DNA of 64,000 nt, from NCBI GenBank assembly GCA_965224705.1, contig OZ245056.1, forward strand, positions 2,941,945 to 3,005,944, written 5' to 3'. Position 1 is the stretch's first letter. Each line of letters opens with the position of its first letter. A program made the translations under genes and the position numbers. The stretch comes from Spirochaetaceae bacterium. GTDB lineage: Bacteria; Spirochaetota; Spirochaetia; DSM-2461. Of the stretch, positions 1 to 9,874 are shown one piece after another. The notes under the pieces are model-generated. The model worked only from the letters and a program-made list of their open reading frames with translations, was not told where the DNA came from and made no database searches.

Positions 1-263
1 GTGTCATCGGCACCGGGTTTTCCCCCAGGCCAACCGGTGATAGTATGCTGGAGTTCATTGAATATCCGGATATTGATCCGATACGCCGAACCGAAGGTGT
101 TCCGAAGGTTTTCCAGACCATGTTCTCGATAGTCGGAATCCGTCAGTTTCAGTATGGGTTTTCCAACCGTCGAACAGAGTTCCACCACAGCTTTACGAAC
201 CGAAGCATCGTCATCAGGGCAGGCCGAAAGCCGATTCCCGGGAGTGCTGCCGTCGAAGGTCAC
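1..263 (-). CDS. N-terminal part of a gene downstream of the ABC permeases, running off the window edge; product unknown
   Basis: GTG start overlaps the permease TGA (GTGA at 260-263); frame read manually as MTFDGSTPGNRLSACPDDD... stays open to position 1. Confidence 0.55.
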   Translation of the reverse strand, partial: MTFDGSTPGNRLSACPDDDASVRKAVVELCSTVGKPILKLTDSDYREHGLENLRNTFGSAYRINIRIFNELQHTITGWPGGKPGADD

Positions 264-1081
264 CCTTTCACGCCCGTCGAAGTGATGCCCTCGATAAACT
301 GCTTCTGCATGATGAGGTAAACCGTAAATATCGGAATCACGGAAATAACGGCACCGGCAAGAAGATAGTTCCACAGAGCAGAAAACTCGCCGATGAAGCT
401 CACCAGTCCAAGGGTCAGTGTATAAAGCTTCTTGCTGTTGAGGTACACAAGGGGACGCAGGAAGGCGTTCCAGTTTATCAGGAAAGAGATGATGAAAAGT
501 GCCGAAAGGGATGCTTTGGAAACCGGAAGGAAAATCCTGCGGTAAATAGCGAATGGTTTTGCGCCGTCAACTACAGCCGCTTCCTCCAGTTCCTTCGGGA
601 CATTCTCATAGAAACTGCGCATGAGAAATACACCTGTGGTTCCGATAAGGAATGAGGGAACGATCAGCGGCAAATAGGTATCAATCCATCCCAGCTTCGC
701 CATTAGAAGGAACTCGGGGATGATAACAACCTCTATGGGGACCATTATTGTTGCGAGAATGAGACCGAACAGCAGTTCCCGTCCCGGAAATTTCATTCGG
801 GCAAAAGCAAATCCGGCGAGGCTGCAGGTGAAGAGCTGCCCCACCGCAGCCGTGGTTGCTATGAAAAGACTGTTGATCGTGAATCTCAGGAAGTTGTACT
901 TGGAGAAAATCTCCCTGTAGTTATCCAGCGTTGGATTTTTGGCCAGGAATTCCGGAGGATCCGCATAGACGGCTTCCAGCGGCTGAAGCGATACATTCAG
1001 CATCCAGTAAAACGGAAATACGGCGACAACGGCAAAAAGTATCAGTATGCAGTACAGAATGATTTTGTGGGAGATTGTCAT
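260..1081 (-). CDS. Carbohydrate ABC transporter permease (MalG/UgpE type)
   Basis: Hydrophobic 273 aa, EAA loop ELEEAAVVDGA, C-terminal QKQFIEGITSTGVKG. Confidence 0.95.
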   Translation of the reverse strand: MTISHKIILYCILILFAVVAVFPFYWMLNVSLQPLEAVYADPPEFLAKNPTLDNYREIFSKYNFLRFTINSLFIATTAAVGQLFTCSLAGFAFARMKFPGRELLFGLILATIMVPIEVVIIPEFLLMAKLGWIDTYLPLIVPSFLIGTTGVFLMRSFYENVPKELEEAAVVDGAKPFAIYRRIFLPVSKASLSALFIISFLINWNAFLRPLVYLNSKKLYTLTLGLVSFIGEFSALWNYLLAGAVISVIPIFTVYLIMQKQFIEGITSTGVKG

Positions 1082-1090
1082 TTCGCCCGC

Positions 1091-1963
1091 CTAGCCCTGA
1101 GTCTGAACCCATCGGCTCTTGTAATAGAAATTGATGAAGGCAATACCGCCGACCATGAGCATAAGCGTCATGGAAAGACTGGCCGCCTGGCCCATCTGAA
1201 ACAGTTCAAAAGCATGCTGATAGATATAGTAGGCCATTGTCGTTGAAGAGGTCCCCGGCCCTCCCCGGGTCATCGCATAAATGATGTCAAAGTTCTTGAA
1301 TGAATCGATCAGCGCCATGATCATCACAAAAAACATCGATGGTGTGATGAGGGGCACTGTAATACGCCGAAAGAGGGCAAAAGGACCGGCACCGTCAATG
1401 CGTGCCGCTTCGTAGAGAGTTTTGGGGATATCCTGTAGGCCGGCAAGGTAGATAACCATGTAATAGCCGACACGCTTCCAGGCGAATACGAAAGAGACGA
1501 CAAGCAGCGAGTATTGCCGGTCGGAAATCCAGGACGGCGGCGATTCGACACCAAGAGATCTGAGAAGGAAATTGATCATTCCAACATCGGCTCCAAATAT
1601 CCATCGCCAGACGATACCCACCGCTACGGTGGATGTGATGACCGGAGCAAAGTACATCGCACGGAAAGCGGTCGTGCCTTTTACACCCTGATTGAGCAGT
1701 ACAGCCAGAATGAGGGAACCGAAGACGATGGAAGGAACGAAAATCAAACTGAAACGAAGCGTGTTCCAAACAATCTTCCAGAATGTCGAGTCCCTGACGA
1801 ATTCGGAATAATTCTCCAGACCCACCCAACTCGGATTGCCGAACATACTCCAATCGGTCAATGAAATCCCTCCGGCAAATCCAAGGGGACCGAGGCGGAA
1901 CACGAACAGTCCTATCATGGCCAGGAGTATGAAGAGATAGGGGACGTAAAGTTTGTATCTCAT
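1091..1963 (-). CDS. Carbohydrate ABC transporter permease (MalF/UgpA type)
   Basis: WVGLENY motif, EAA loop LYEAARIDGA, TRGGP motif. Confidence 0.95.
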   Translation of the reverse strand: MRYKLYVPYLFILLAMIGLFVFRLGPLGFAGGISLTDWSMFGNPSWVGLENYSEFVRDSTFWKIVWNTLRFSLIFVPSIVFGSLILAVLLNQGVKGTTAFRAMYFAPVITSTVAVGIVWRWIFGADVGMINFLLRSLGVESPPSWISDRQYSLLVVSFVFAWKRVGYYMVIYLAGLQDIPKTLYEAARIDGAGPFALFRRITVPLITPSMFFVMIMALIDSFKNFDIIYAMTRGGPGTSSTTMAYYIYQHAFELFQMGQAASLSMTLMLMVGGIAFINFYYKSRWVQTQG

Positions 1964-1980
1964 GGATCCATCCTGTCGAC

Positions 1981-2020
1981 ATTGCCGCGGAACCGGAAAC
2001 AGCCCCGGTGCCGCAGCAAT
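1981..2020 (-). terminator. Intergenic stem-loop between binding-protein and permease genes (partial terminator or mRNA stabiliser)
   Basis: Imperfect inverted repeat attgccgcgg-aaccgg...ccggt-gccgcagcaat. Confidence 0.45.
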
Positions 2021-2027
2021 TCAAATA

Positions 2028-3350
2028 TCAGCGATACGCCTTGTCCAGCATTTTATTTATTTCAGCATCCGCCTCAGCATAGAATTCGTCGAGGGTTATA
2101 TCACCGTTGAGTGATGCATCAATGAACTCACTGAGACCAGCTCCTTCCGCACTGGCATATCCGCGCCAGAACTTCCAGTACTTCGTATAGAAATGATCGG
2201 CGTTTTCACCGTAGCTCAGGATTATCGGTTTGTTCTCAGGGGGCAGTCCCCGTGATTTGAATACATTCCATTCATCGGAATAGGCCTCTTCCTTGAAGAA
2301 CGGCACTTTGCCGGGATAGTAATCAGCCGCCGGCCGCTGAAGAACATATTTGACGAAATCCCAGGCGGCATCCGGATTTTTAGAACTCGCAGGAATGGCG
2401 ATGCCGTCTGCCCAGGCGTGCATGGTATCCGCCTTCCAGCGAGGTCCTCTCGGATAATAAGCAACATCCCAGTCAAACTCGGCTTCCATATCTTCCCGCA
2501 TGAATTTGATATTCCAGCTTCCCTCTGAAATCATAGCGGCTTCTTCCTGCTGGAAGAGAAGCTTGATCTTCTTCTTGTCGAGATCGTAATCCTTCGGGGG
2601 CGGGATGACTTTGTGGGTGTTGGCCAGGTCATAGATGAATTCGATGGCTTCCCGGGCATTGCTGTCCGGATCCCATGTCAATGCGGAACGATTCAGATAG
2701 TCGCCGTCATTCTGGAGTATCCATCCGTCATACACCGCATACCGTGAGAATACTCCGTATCCCCATTGATCGGTAGCACCATCGCCGTCGGTATCCTGAG
2801 TCAGAGCCCTGGCTTTCTCCAGGAACTCATCCCAGTCCCAGCCTTCGGTGGGATATTCGACACCGTTGGCATCAAACATGTCCTTGTTGTAGAAGATCAG
2901 AGAACCGACCCATGCGAAAGGAACACTGTAATAACGGCCGTCAATCGCGAAGCTGGATTCAAGAACACTCCAGAAGTAATCATCTTCGGCGAAATCCGCT
3001 TTTATCCTGTCGGTGAGGTCCAGCAAGGCCCCCTGGTCAACGAAATCCTCAACGGAATTCGGATGCATGTTGAACACATCCGGCATCTGTTTGGATGCCG
3101 CCATCGCGGCAAGTTTGGTCCAGTAGCTCTTGGGATCCAGAGCTGTCAGGTTGATGGTTACATTGGGATTCTCAGCCTCATAGCGGTCGATCATTCCCTG
3201 TTCCTGAGCCTCAAAGTTCGGATCCCACATCCAATACTCAAGGGTTATCGGTTCTCCAGTCTCCGGAGCATCACCATCATCATCACCACTGGCGAACAAT
3301 AATCCTATACTCAGCACGAGTAGGATCATCACGAAAAACAAGCGTTTCAT
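2028..3350 (-). CDS. Carbohydrate ABC transporter substrate-binding protein
   Basis: Signal peptide MKRLFF...LFASG, IFYNKDMF and WDWDEF motifs; GGAGG RBS upstream of ATG 3350. Confidence 0.93.
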   Translation of the reverse strand: MKRLFFVMILLVLSIGLLFASGDDDGDAPETGEPITLEYWMWDPNFEAQEQGMIDRYEAENPNVTINLTALDPKSYWTKLAAMAASKQMPDVFNMHPNSVEDFVDQGALLDLTDRIKADFAEDDYFWSVLESSFAIDGRYYSVPFAWVGSLIFYNKDMFDANGVEYPTEGWDWDEFLEKARALTQDTDGDGATDQWGYGVFSRYAVYDGWILQNDGDYLNRSALTWDPDSNAREAIEFIYDLANTHKVIPPPKDYDLDKKKIKLLFQQEEAAMISEGSWNIKFMREDMEAEFDWDVAYYPRGPRWKADTMHAWADGIAIPASSKNPDAAWDFVKYVLQRPAADYYPGKVPFFKEEAYSDEWNVFKSRGLPPENKPIILSYGENADHFYTKYWKFWRGYASAEGAGLSEFIDASLNGDITLDEFYAEADAEINKMLDKAYR

Positions 3351-3524
3351 AGACACCTCCATTTAAACCTTTTCCGATTCAACAAATCGGTTTTTGTCAC
3401 TGAGAAGCAGTCCCGGTCGACCGGTTGGCGCACTGTCCACCCCTGTCTCCGGAAGAAATCGAAAAGCCTTCTCCACACCATCTCGTTCCGGCATCCGGGT
3501 GAATATCGACAACACCGAGCAAAG

Positions 3525-3952
3525 TGAGGTGGACCCCAAATGTTAGACAGCAACGCTGTCCTTTTTTGGTGGATAATCAGGCTTTGATTCCTGCTCATCC
3601 TGTGATTGTTTAACCTTATCGTAAAGCATGATGGGAGTCAACCCACCCAGAGATTCATGGGATCCCTCCTCCATGTTCACGTAATCCTTATCTACTGGAA
3701 AGACCTTTTACTGGAAAGACCTTTGAACCCGGCTCCAGGCGGCCTGGATTGGGCTTCTGGTCAATTGTCTGCCATTCCATCATCCCTATCAGCCGCTGGA
3801 TATGCTTACGGTTGACCTTGTATCCCTCAAGGCGCAGTTTGTCTCTTAGCTTACACGAACCCCAGGTGGGATTATCCGCATGAAGCTCATCCATTTTACA
3901 GTGAACCACCTTAATACAAACACTGAGTGTCCGATTCAAGGGGCTCACCTCA
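3525..3952 (-). mobile_element. Internally deleted IS3-family element with both terminal inverted repeats
   Basis: Ends TGAGGTGGACCCCAAATGTTAGACA (3525) and reverse-complement TGAGGTGAGCCCCTTGAATCGGACA (3952); internal OrfB HTH fragment PTWGSCKLRDKLRLEGYKVNRKHIQRL. Confidence 0.8.
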
Positions 3953-4030
3953 CCCTGCTCTGGCTGAGGCTAATCTTTAAGAATAAGATGTTATGCGTGC
4001 TTCGGCGGCAGTTTGAACATTTAGGAATAC

Positions 4031-4750
4031 CTAATAATCTTCAAGGTTTCCAAATTGATTTTCAATACCTTTTCCCCAGAATTTTTCGATAACTTCGTGA
4101 TGTTTTATTTTTGCAATGTATTCTGCGGCATATAGATGGTGCTGGGTCATCAGGTTTCTTGCAAATTCTGCCTTTCCTGATTTTATTGCTTTTAGCAATA
4201 CCCGATGTTCTGACAGTGATTCATTCGGTTCCCGGGTTAATCCGTGTTGGTAGCTGTTTATTAAATGGTGATGGTTGTTGCCTATCTGGAGCAGCATTGT
4301 ATTGCCGCATTTATTCAGAATTTCCATGTGAAATGTCTGGTCAAGGCTTAGATATTCCCTGGCTTCTCCGGGTCTTACACCGCATTTAAAGCGGTCAAAG
4401 AGGGACAGAAATTTATCTTCCGGATTGTAGTGGTCCCTGGTATAGATGTAGACGGCCATCCCTTCAATGGCCGCTCTTGTGTAGTAGGCTTCTTCAATAT
4501 CCTGCCATGTAACTTTTCTGAGAAAATAACCGTAATTCTTCTGGTGCTCAATTACCCCCGTCCCGGTTAGACGATTAATGGCCTCATTGACGGGGGTCAT
4601 ACTTACATTCAGTTTTTCCGCCAATTCGTTTTTATTAATCTTTTCTCCATAGGGGATGTCTCCATAGAGGATCATTCTAACGATTTGGTTGTAAACCAAC
4701 TGTACTCTATTGCTTTTTTTCTCAGGCATGCTCTTATCCAGGATACTCAA
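4031..4750 (-). CDS. GntR/FadR-family transcriptional regulator
   Basis: HTH ELAEKLNVSMTPVNEAINRL; FCD domain DQTFHMEI...EHRVLLKAI. Confidence 0.92.
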   Translation of the reverse strand: MSILDKSMPEKKSNRVQLVYNQIVRMILYGDIPYGEKINKNELAEKLNVSMTPVNEAINRLTGTGVIEHQKNYGYFLRKVTWQDIEEAYYTRAAIEGMAVYIYTRDHYNPEDKFLSLFDRFKCGVRPGEAREYLSLDQTFHMEILNKCGNTMLLQIGNNHHHLINSYQHGLTREPNESLSEHRVLLKAIKSGKAEFARNLMTQHHLYAAEYIAKIKHHEVIEKFWGKGIENQFGNLEDY

Positions 4751-4782
4751 TTTGCTTGATTTTTATCTCTCCTTTAACAAAG
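4747..4782 (-). pseudogene. Last ~12 codons of a deleted D-2-hydroxyacid dehydrogenase paralogue
   Basis: caatttgcttgatttttatctctcctttaacaaagga matches the 3' end of gene 20270..21226. Confidence 0.7.
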
Positions 4783-5215
4783 GAGCCTCTTCAAAAACTT
4801 ATCTAATTGAATTATCTTGTAATCCGCATTTGAAATCGTTATGAAAAAGGGCCACATCCACTACGCTACTCTCAACATAGAAAAGACCGGGGGCCATGAA
4901 GACCATATCAGAAATCTCAGGCGGAGCGCAAGGAGTCTGTCGGACTTCAAGGCTTTGAGGCGATATCTGATTATTTTTCCGGTACAAGGTGGTAAAAGCG
5001 GAGCGCAGCTTAAGCTGCGTGAGCATTTTGCAGCACGGTAGGGGAAAAACTTGAATACGAACTACAGGGTTGTTTTGGCTGAGCTGTGAACACCGCTCCT
5101 TTCTCCATCATCGTAAAAGGTTTGGCAAAAGCTTCATTTTCAATGAGGATTTGGCCGAGGAAGCATCAGGGACATCGGCATTTCTTCTCTAACTGATGCC
5201 TGATAGAGAGTTTTC
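4783..5215 (-). mobile_element. IS1182-like remnant (right-end portion) containing a diverged partial MITE at 4933-~5050
   Basis: gagcctcttcaaaaac and ccatgaagaccata...cttgaatacgaac shared with 21282-21420; MITE TIR GAGTCTGTCGGACTT at 4933; right boundary approximate. Confidence 0.65.
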
Positions 5216-5218
5216 GAA

Positions 5219-6157
5219 TTAGCTCTCCTGTATCTGCATTTCCATAGCTGAATTCACGATATTCTCAATGGTGATATCATTTTTTCTCAGCAGAACGCTG
5301 TAAGGCGCAGATTCACCGAATGTATCCTGAATTCCCACTCTTTTTACAATACCCTTTCCCAATTCCGCCGCTACCTCACAGACCGCGGAGCCAAGACCGT
5401 TGATGATATTGTGATCTTCTACGCTAATAATCCGGCCAATATCTTTCACAGCTTTTTTTACGGCTTCAACATCCAGGGGCTTTATTGTATGCATGTCCAG
5501 GAGTCGAACGGAAAGTCCTTTCTTCTCCAGTGCTTCGGCGGCTGATACTGCCAGTGACATAATGTCTCCATTGGCAATAATGGCTATATCCTTACCTTCT
5601 TTAAGAAGATGAGCTTTGCCGATGGTAAAATCCTGATTCTCATTATAGATGTAGGGGATGGGGTCGCGAGTGAACCGCAGATAAACCGGGCCCTTATATT
5701 CCGCAGCGGCTCTGACCAGTTTCCTGGCGGAATAGTAATCCGCCGGCATGATAACCGTCATATTGGGGATGCTTCGGTAAATACCCATATCCTCGACGCC
5801 CTGGTGACTGGCACCGTCATTGGCCGGGGTAAAGCCGCCGTGGGAACAGGCTATTTTCGCGTTTTGTTTTGGGTAGCAAATTTCCTGTCGAATCTGTTCG
5901 CACATCCTCATACTTCCGAAAACAGCATAAGTTGTGATAAAAGGGATTTTACCGCATGAGGCCAGACCGGCGGCTACGCCTGCGGCATTCTGTTCAGCGA
6001 TACCTACATGTACATGCTGATTCGGAAGCTCCTGGAAAAAAGGAACAGTTCTACATGATTTTCCGATGTCGGCATCGATCACATAGATATCCGGGTTCTC
6101 TCTTCCCAATTCCAGTATTTCATCTCCGTAGGCATCTCTTGTTGCTTTTCCTTCCAT
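5219..6157 (-). CDS. Transketolase, C-terminal subunit
   Basis: ATRDAYG, GIAEQNA, DGASHQ, GPVYLR and TIKPLD motifs. Confidence 0.95.
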   Translation of the reverse strand: MEGKATRDAYGDEILELGRENPDIYVIDADIGKSCRTVPFFQELPNQHVHVGIAEQNAAGVAAGLASCGKIPFITTYAVFGSMRMCEQIRQEICYPKQNAKIACSHGGFTPANDGASHQGVEDMGIYRSIPNMTVIMPADYYSARKLVRAAAEYKGPVYLRFTRDPIPYIYNENQDFTIGKAHLLKEGKDIAIIANGDIMSLAVSAAEALEKKGLSVRLLDMHTIKPLDVEAVKKAVKDIGRIISVEDHNIINGLGSAVCEVAAELGKGIVKRVGIQDTFGESAPYSVLLRKNDITIENIVNSAMEMQIQES

Positions 6158-6160
6158 CTG

Positions 6161-6994
6161 TTATACCGCCTCCTCAATCTCTTTCATGGCCTGGGCGAAT
6201 TGTTCATCATCCGGGGCCATTCCGTGCCACATCACAACATTTTCCATGAATGACACACCTTTGCCTTTTACGGTTTTTCCTACAATCACCTTCGGTTTTC
6301 CATTTTTCCTGTCCCGGATGGTATCAAGGGTATGGACAATCTCTTCCATGCTGTGGCCGTCGATTCCATGGGCTTCACAGCCAAAGGCTTCAAATTTGGC
6401 TCTCAGGTCGCCGTTGGGCATTACCACATCACAGGTGTCATCATTCTGAAGGTTGTTGTTGTCCACAATAACCACAAGGTTGTCCAGCCGATATTTAACT
6501 GCCGTCATGACAGCTTCCCAAATTTGTCCTTCCTGGCTTTCTCCGTCACCGATAACGCAGAATACTCTGTAGGAGAGTTTGTCCCGCTTTGCTGCCAGGG
6601 CCATTCCTACCGCCGTAGATAGGCCCTGTCCAAGAGAACCGGTGCTAATATCGATACCGGGGCATACTTTCATATCAGGATGCCCCTGTAATATGGAACC
6701 TTCTTTTCGCAGTGTGTAGATCGTTTCATAGGGAAAGTATTCACGCAATGCCAGGGCTGAATACAGAATGGGGCAGACATGTCCCTTGGAAAGTACGAAA
6801 CGGTCTCTGTTTTCCCATTCAGGTTCTTCGGGACGGATATTCAGCTCGCTGAAATACAGCGCCGCCATAAAATCCGCCGCAGAGAGGCTCCCTCCGGGAT
6901 GGCCGGATTGGGCCGCATGTATCATCGTTAATGTCGTTTTACGAAGTTCCCTGGCCTTCATTTTCAACATTGAAATTTTCTCAGTTTTATCCAT
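6161..6994 (-). CDS. Transketolase, N-terminal subunit
   Basis: SGHPGGSLS, RDRFVLSKGH, TGSLGQG; ThDP motif GDGE...DNN. Confidence 0.95.
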   Translation of the reverse strand: MDKTEKISMLKMKARELRKTTLTMIHAAQSGHPGGSLSAADFMAALYFSELNIRPEEPEWENRDRFVLSKGHVCPILYSALALREYFPYETIYTLRKEGSILQGHPDMKVCPGIDISTGSLGQGLSTAVGMALAAKRDKLSYRVFCVIGDGESQEGQIWEAVMTAVKYRLDNLVVIVDNNNLQNDDTCDVVMPNGDLRAKFEAFGCEAHGIDGHSMEEIVHTLDTIRDRKNGKPKVIVGKTVKGKGVSFMENVVMWHGMAPDDEQFAQAMKEIEEAV

Positions 6995-7013
6995 ATCACA
7001 TCTCCTACAATGG

Positions 7014-8294
7014 TCAATTCAATAATCCCGGTAGGAAAAGCACTACCGGAGGAACATAGGTCATAAGAAGCAAAATTACGAATCCTACGATGAAGAAAGG
7101 TTTTGAGGCTCCTACTGATTCCTGCAGTGAGCAGTTGGCAATTTTGCTTGCCAGATTTAAACAGAGTCCCACCGGTGGTGTAACGACTCCGAGACAAAGG
7201 TTGAAAACCAGTATGATTCCCAGGTGGACCGGATCGATTCCCAGATCGACGCAGAGGGGGAATAAAATCGGGACAAAAATCAAAAGTGCTGCATTGGCTT
7301 CAACGAACATGCCGATGACGAGCATGAAAAGGTTAATCAGTAAAAGGACAATCCATTTGTTACTGGTGAGGCTGAAGATCATATTGCTGACGATCATGGG
7401 CACCTGAGCCACTATCAGCATGTATGAAAAGAGTTTGGCTGCTCCTATTAGAATCATTACGGAGGATATTAAAATAAGGGAATCTTTGAGGATGTTATAA
7501 ACATCCTCAATGGATTTGATTCCCTTGTAAATGAAGATTCCCACGAAAAGCGAATAGACCGCCGCTATGGCCGCTGCTTCGGTTACGGTGCTAATGCCGA
7601 AAAGAATAGAGCCGACAACTACGACGGGCATAAGGATGGCCCATCCCACATCCTTGAGACTGATCAATTTCTGTTTCCAGGTGGATTTTTCATGGCGGGG
7701 ATAGTTCTTTTTCGAGGCGATGATCGATACTGCAATCATTAGGCCGAAGCCGAAAAGCAAGCCCGGAACGGCTCCCCCCACAAAGAGTTTGGTAATGGAA
7801 ACTCCGGTAATAATGCCATAGACCACCATGGTTATGCTCGGAGGAATAATCGGTCCCAAACCGCTGGAGAATGCCGTAATCGATGCTGAAAACCCCGCTT
7901 CATACCCCTCCTTCTTCATGGACGGAATCAATATTCCTCCGATTGAAGAGGTGTCGGCTACGGCAGAACCGGACATCCCGCCGAAGAGCATGCTGGATAA
8001 TACATTGATCTGCGCCAGACCGCCTTTGTAGGAACCGACAAAGCAGTTGGCAAAATCTACTATTTTTTTGGTAATTCCACCGTAATTCATGGCATTTCCG
8101 GCCACAACGAAGAGGGGAATGGCCATCAGAGAAAACGAATCAATTCCGGAAAATATCCGCTGGGCAATCATGGAAAGGGGAATATCCATCACGAAGACGG
8201 CGGAGAAAATGCTGGATAATCCCAGGGCCGCTGCAATAGGGACTCCCAGGAACGCGAGGCCCACAAATACAATCATCAAGGATAGAATTAACAT
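7014..8294 (-). CDS. dctM: TRAP transporter large permease
   Basis: AIPLF, SGSAVAD, IIPPS, TPPVG motifs; 426 aa hydrophobic. Confidence 0.95.
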   Translation of the reverse strand: MLILSLMIVFVGLAFLGVPIAAALGLSSIFSAVFVMDIPLSMIAQRIFSGIDSFSLMAIPLFVVAGNAMNYGGITKKIVDFANCFVGSYKGGLAQINVLSSMLFGGMSGSAVADTSSIGGILIPSMKKEGYEAGFSASITAFSSGLGPIIPPSITMVVYGIITGVSITKLFVGGAVPGLLFGFGLMIAVSIIASKKNYPRHEKSTWKQKLISLKDVGWAILMPVVVVGSILFGISTVTEAAAIAAVYSLFVGIFIYKGIKSIEDVYNILKDSLILISSVMILIGAAKLFSYMLIVAQVPMIVSNMIFSLTSNKWIVLLLINLFMLVIGMFVEANAALLIFVPILFPLCVDLGIDPVHLGIILVFNLCLGVVTPPVGLCLNLASKIANCSLQESVGASKPFFIVGFVILLLMTYVPPVVLFLPGLLN

Positions 8295-8797
8295 TATTTA
8301 GCCTCCGATTCAGACTGATCCGGGCTGCTGTTATTGATGATCATGAGGATTGTTTTTTCCAGGATATAGATGATAGACAGGACCGATCCTATGACAAAAG
8401 AGAGATAAACATAGTACATGGGAAAGCCCAGTCCTGGAATTATTCTGTTTTTTGCCGCAGGAAGCAGTTCCAGAATGGAAATAAGCAGTACGACAGAAAA
8501 TGTCAGCTCCATAAGCTTAATAAAAAAAGCGTTTACCTTTAGGAACACCGGTTTTCTTTTTAGAAGAACATCCAGAATGTCGACACGAATATTTTCATCT
8601 TTCCGAATCACCACTCCGAAAAGAATTATGGTGATCCAGACATTTCCGTAGCGGGCAAATTCTTCAATCCAGATGGATGAACTGCTGAACAGGTACCGGC
8701 TGATTACCTGGTAAAAGAGAACAGCAATTACCGCTGCAAGCAGTATTGACATGACAATAAGGCATACTTTTTCGATGCCGTTTAAAATCTTTTTCAT
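8294..8797 (-). CDS. dctQ: TRAP transporter small permease
   Basis: QVISRY...WIEEFARY...NIRVD; four TM segments. Confidence 0.92.
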   Translation of the reverse strand: MKKILNGIEKVCLIVMSILLAAVIAVLFYQVISRYLFSSSSIWIEEFARYGNVWITIILFGVVIRKDENIRVDILDVLLKRKPVFLKVNAFFIKLMELTFSVVLLISILELLPAAKNRIIPGLGFPMYYVYLSFVIGSVLSIIYILEKTILMIINNSSPDQSESEAK

Positions 8798-8804
8798 AGA
8801 AATT

Positions 8805-9848
8805 TTACTCCCCGAAAATGACGATGTTTTTTATATCATCGTTTCTCTTTCCTTCTGCCATTTCGCGGACGACCCTGCCGGCATCTGCAAAGGGAACTAT
8901 ATTGGAAATGAGTTCACCTGGGAAATTGACTCGTTTGTACCTGTACTGTTCAATGGCCATTTCATAGTCATCTCTATTGTACATGGCTGTACCCATCAGA
9001 TTTCTTTCAAATTGCTGTATCTGGAAGCTGTCAATGGGGACTTTTTCGCCATATACCGCAATCAAAATGATTTTTCCCCGGGGTTTTGTCATTTTCAATG
9101 CCTGTTCCATGGCTTTTTCCGAAGGAACGGCCAGAAATACAGCATCCAGTCCGTTGGGTTCTATTTCAAGAACCGATTGAACCGGATCGGTCCTGCCTGA
9201 ATTGACGGCGTAAGAAGCACCGAGCTTTTCGGCCATCTCAAGTTTGGATCGGCTTAAATCGAAAACGAAACATGATTTACGCCCCGAAGTTTCGGCGGCG
9301 ATCAATGTCATCAATCCGATTGTTCCGGCTCCGATTATACCGATAGTTTGATTGAGTTCTATTTTAGCTTGCCGGACAGCGTGGAGCCCTACGCAGTAAG
9401 GCTCCAGCAGTGCTCCGACAGAGTAGGACATGCTATCAGGAATGGGATAACACATGGATTCCCTGACGATGATTTTCTCAGCGAATGAACCTGTCCAGTC
9501 ACCCACTCCAAGGACTTCCTTGGATGTGCATTCCTGATACTCTCCGTGAAGACAGAAGTGGCAAACTCCGCATCCTACATGCGGCTCAATGGCCACACGG
9601 TCACCAATTTTCAAGCTTTTGACGCCGCTGCCTACTTCGCATACCACACCGGCACACTCGTGTCCTGTTATAACCGGAGGTACACGGTAGGGGTGGGTTC
9701 CTTTGAAAGCCATAATATCACTGGCGCAGATACCTGCGGCTTTTAATTCGACCACAACACCGTTTCCTTCCGAAACTACAGGTTGTTCAACATCGACTAT
9801 TTCTGCTTGATAAGGTTCGGTAAACTTCCATGCCTTCATATTTGCCAC
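8805..9848 (-). CDS. Zn-dependent (MDR) sugar/polyol dehydrogenase
   Basis: GICASD, GHE, CGVCHFC...C, GAGTIG motifs. Confidence 0.92.
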   Translation of the reverse strand: MANMKAWKFTEPYQAEIVDVEQPVVSEGNGVVVELKAAGICASDIMAFKGTHPYRVPPVITGHECAGVVCEVGSGVKSLKIGDRVAIEPHVGCGVCHFCLHGEYQECTSKEVLGVGDWTGSFAEKIIVRESMCYPIPDSMSYSVGALLEPYCVGLHAVRQAKIELNQTIGIIGAGTIGLMTLIAAETSGRKSCFVFDLSRSKLEMAEKLGASYAVNSGRTDPVQSVLEIEPNGLDAVFLAVPSEKAMEQALKMTKPRGKIILIAVYGEKVPIDSFQIQQFERNLMGTAMYNRDDYEMAIEQYRYKRVNFPGELISNIVPFADAGRVVREMAEGKRNDDIKNIVIFGE

Positions 9849-9874
9849 TCCTATCCTGTCATTCTCCTTATGCC

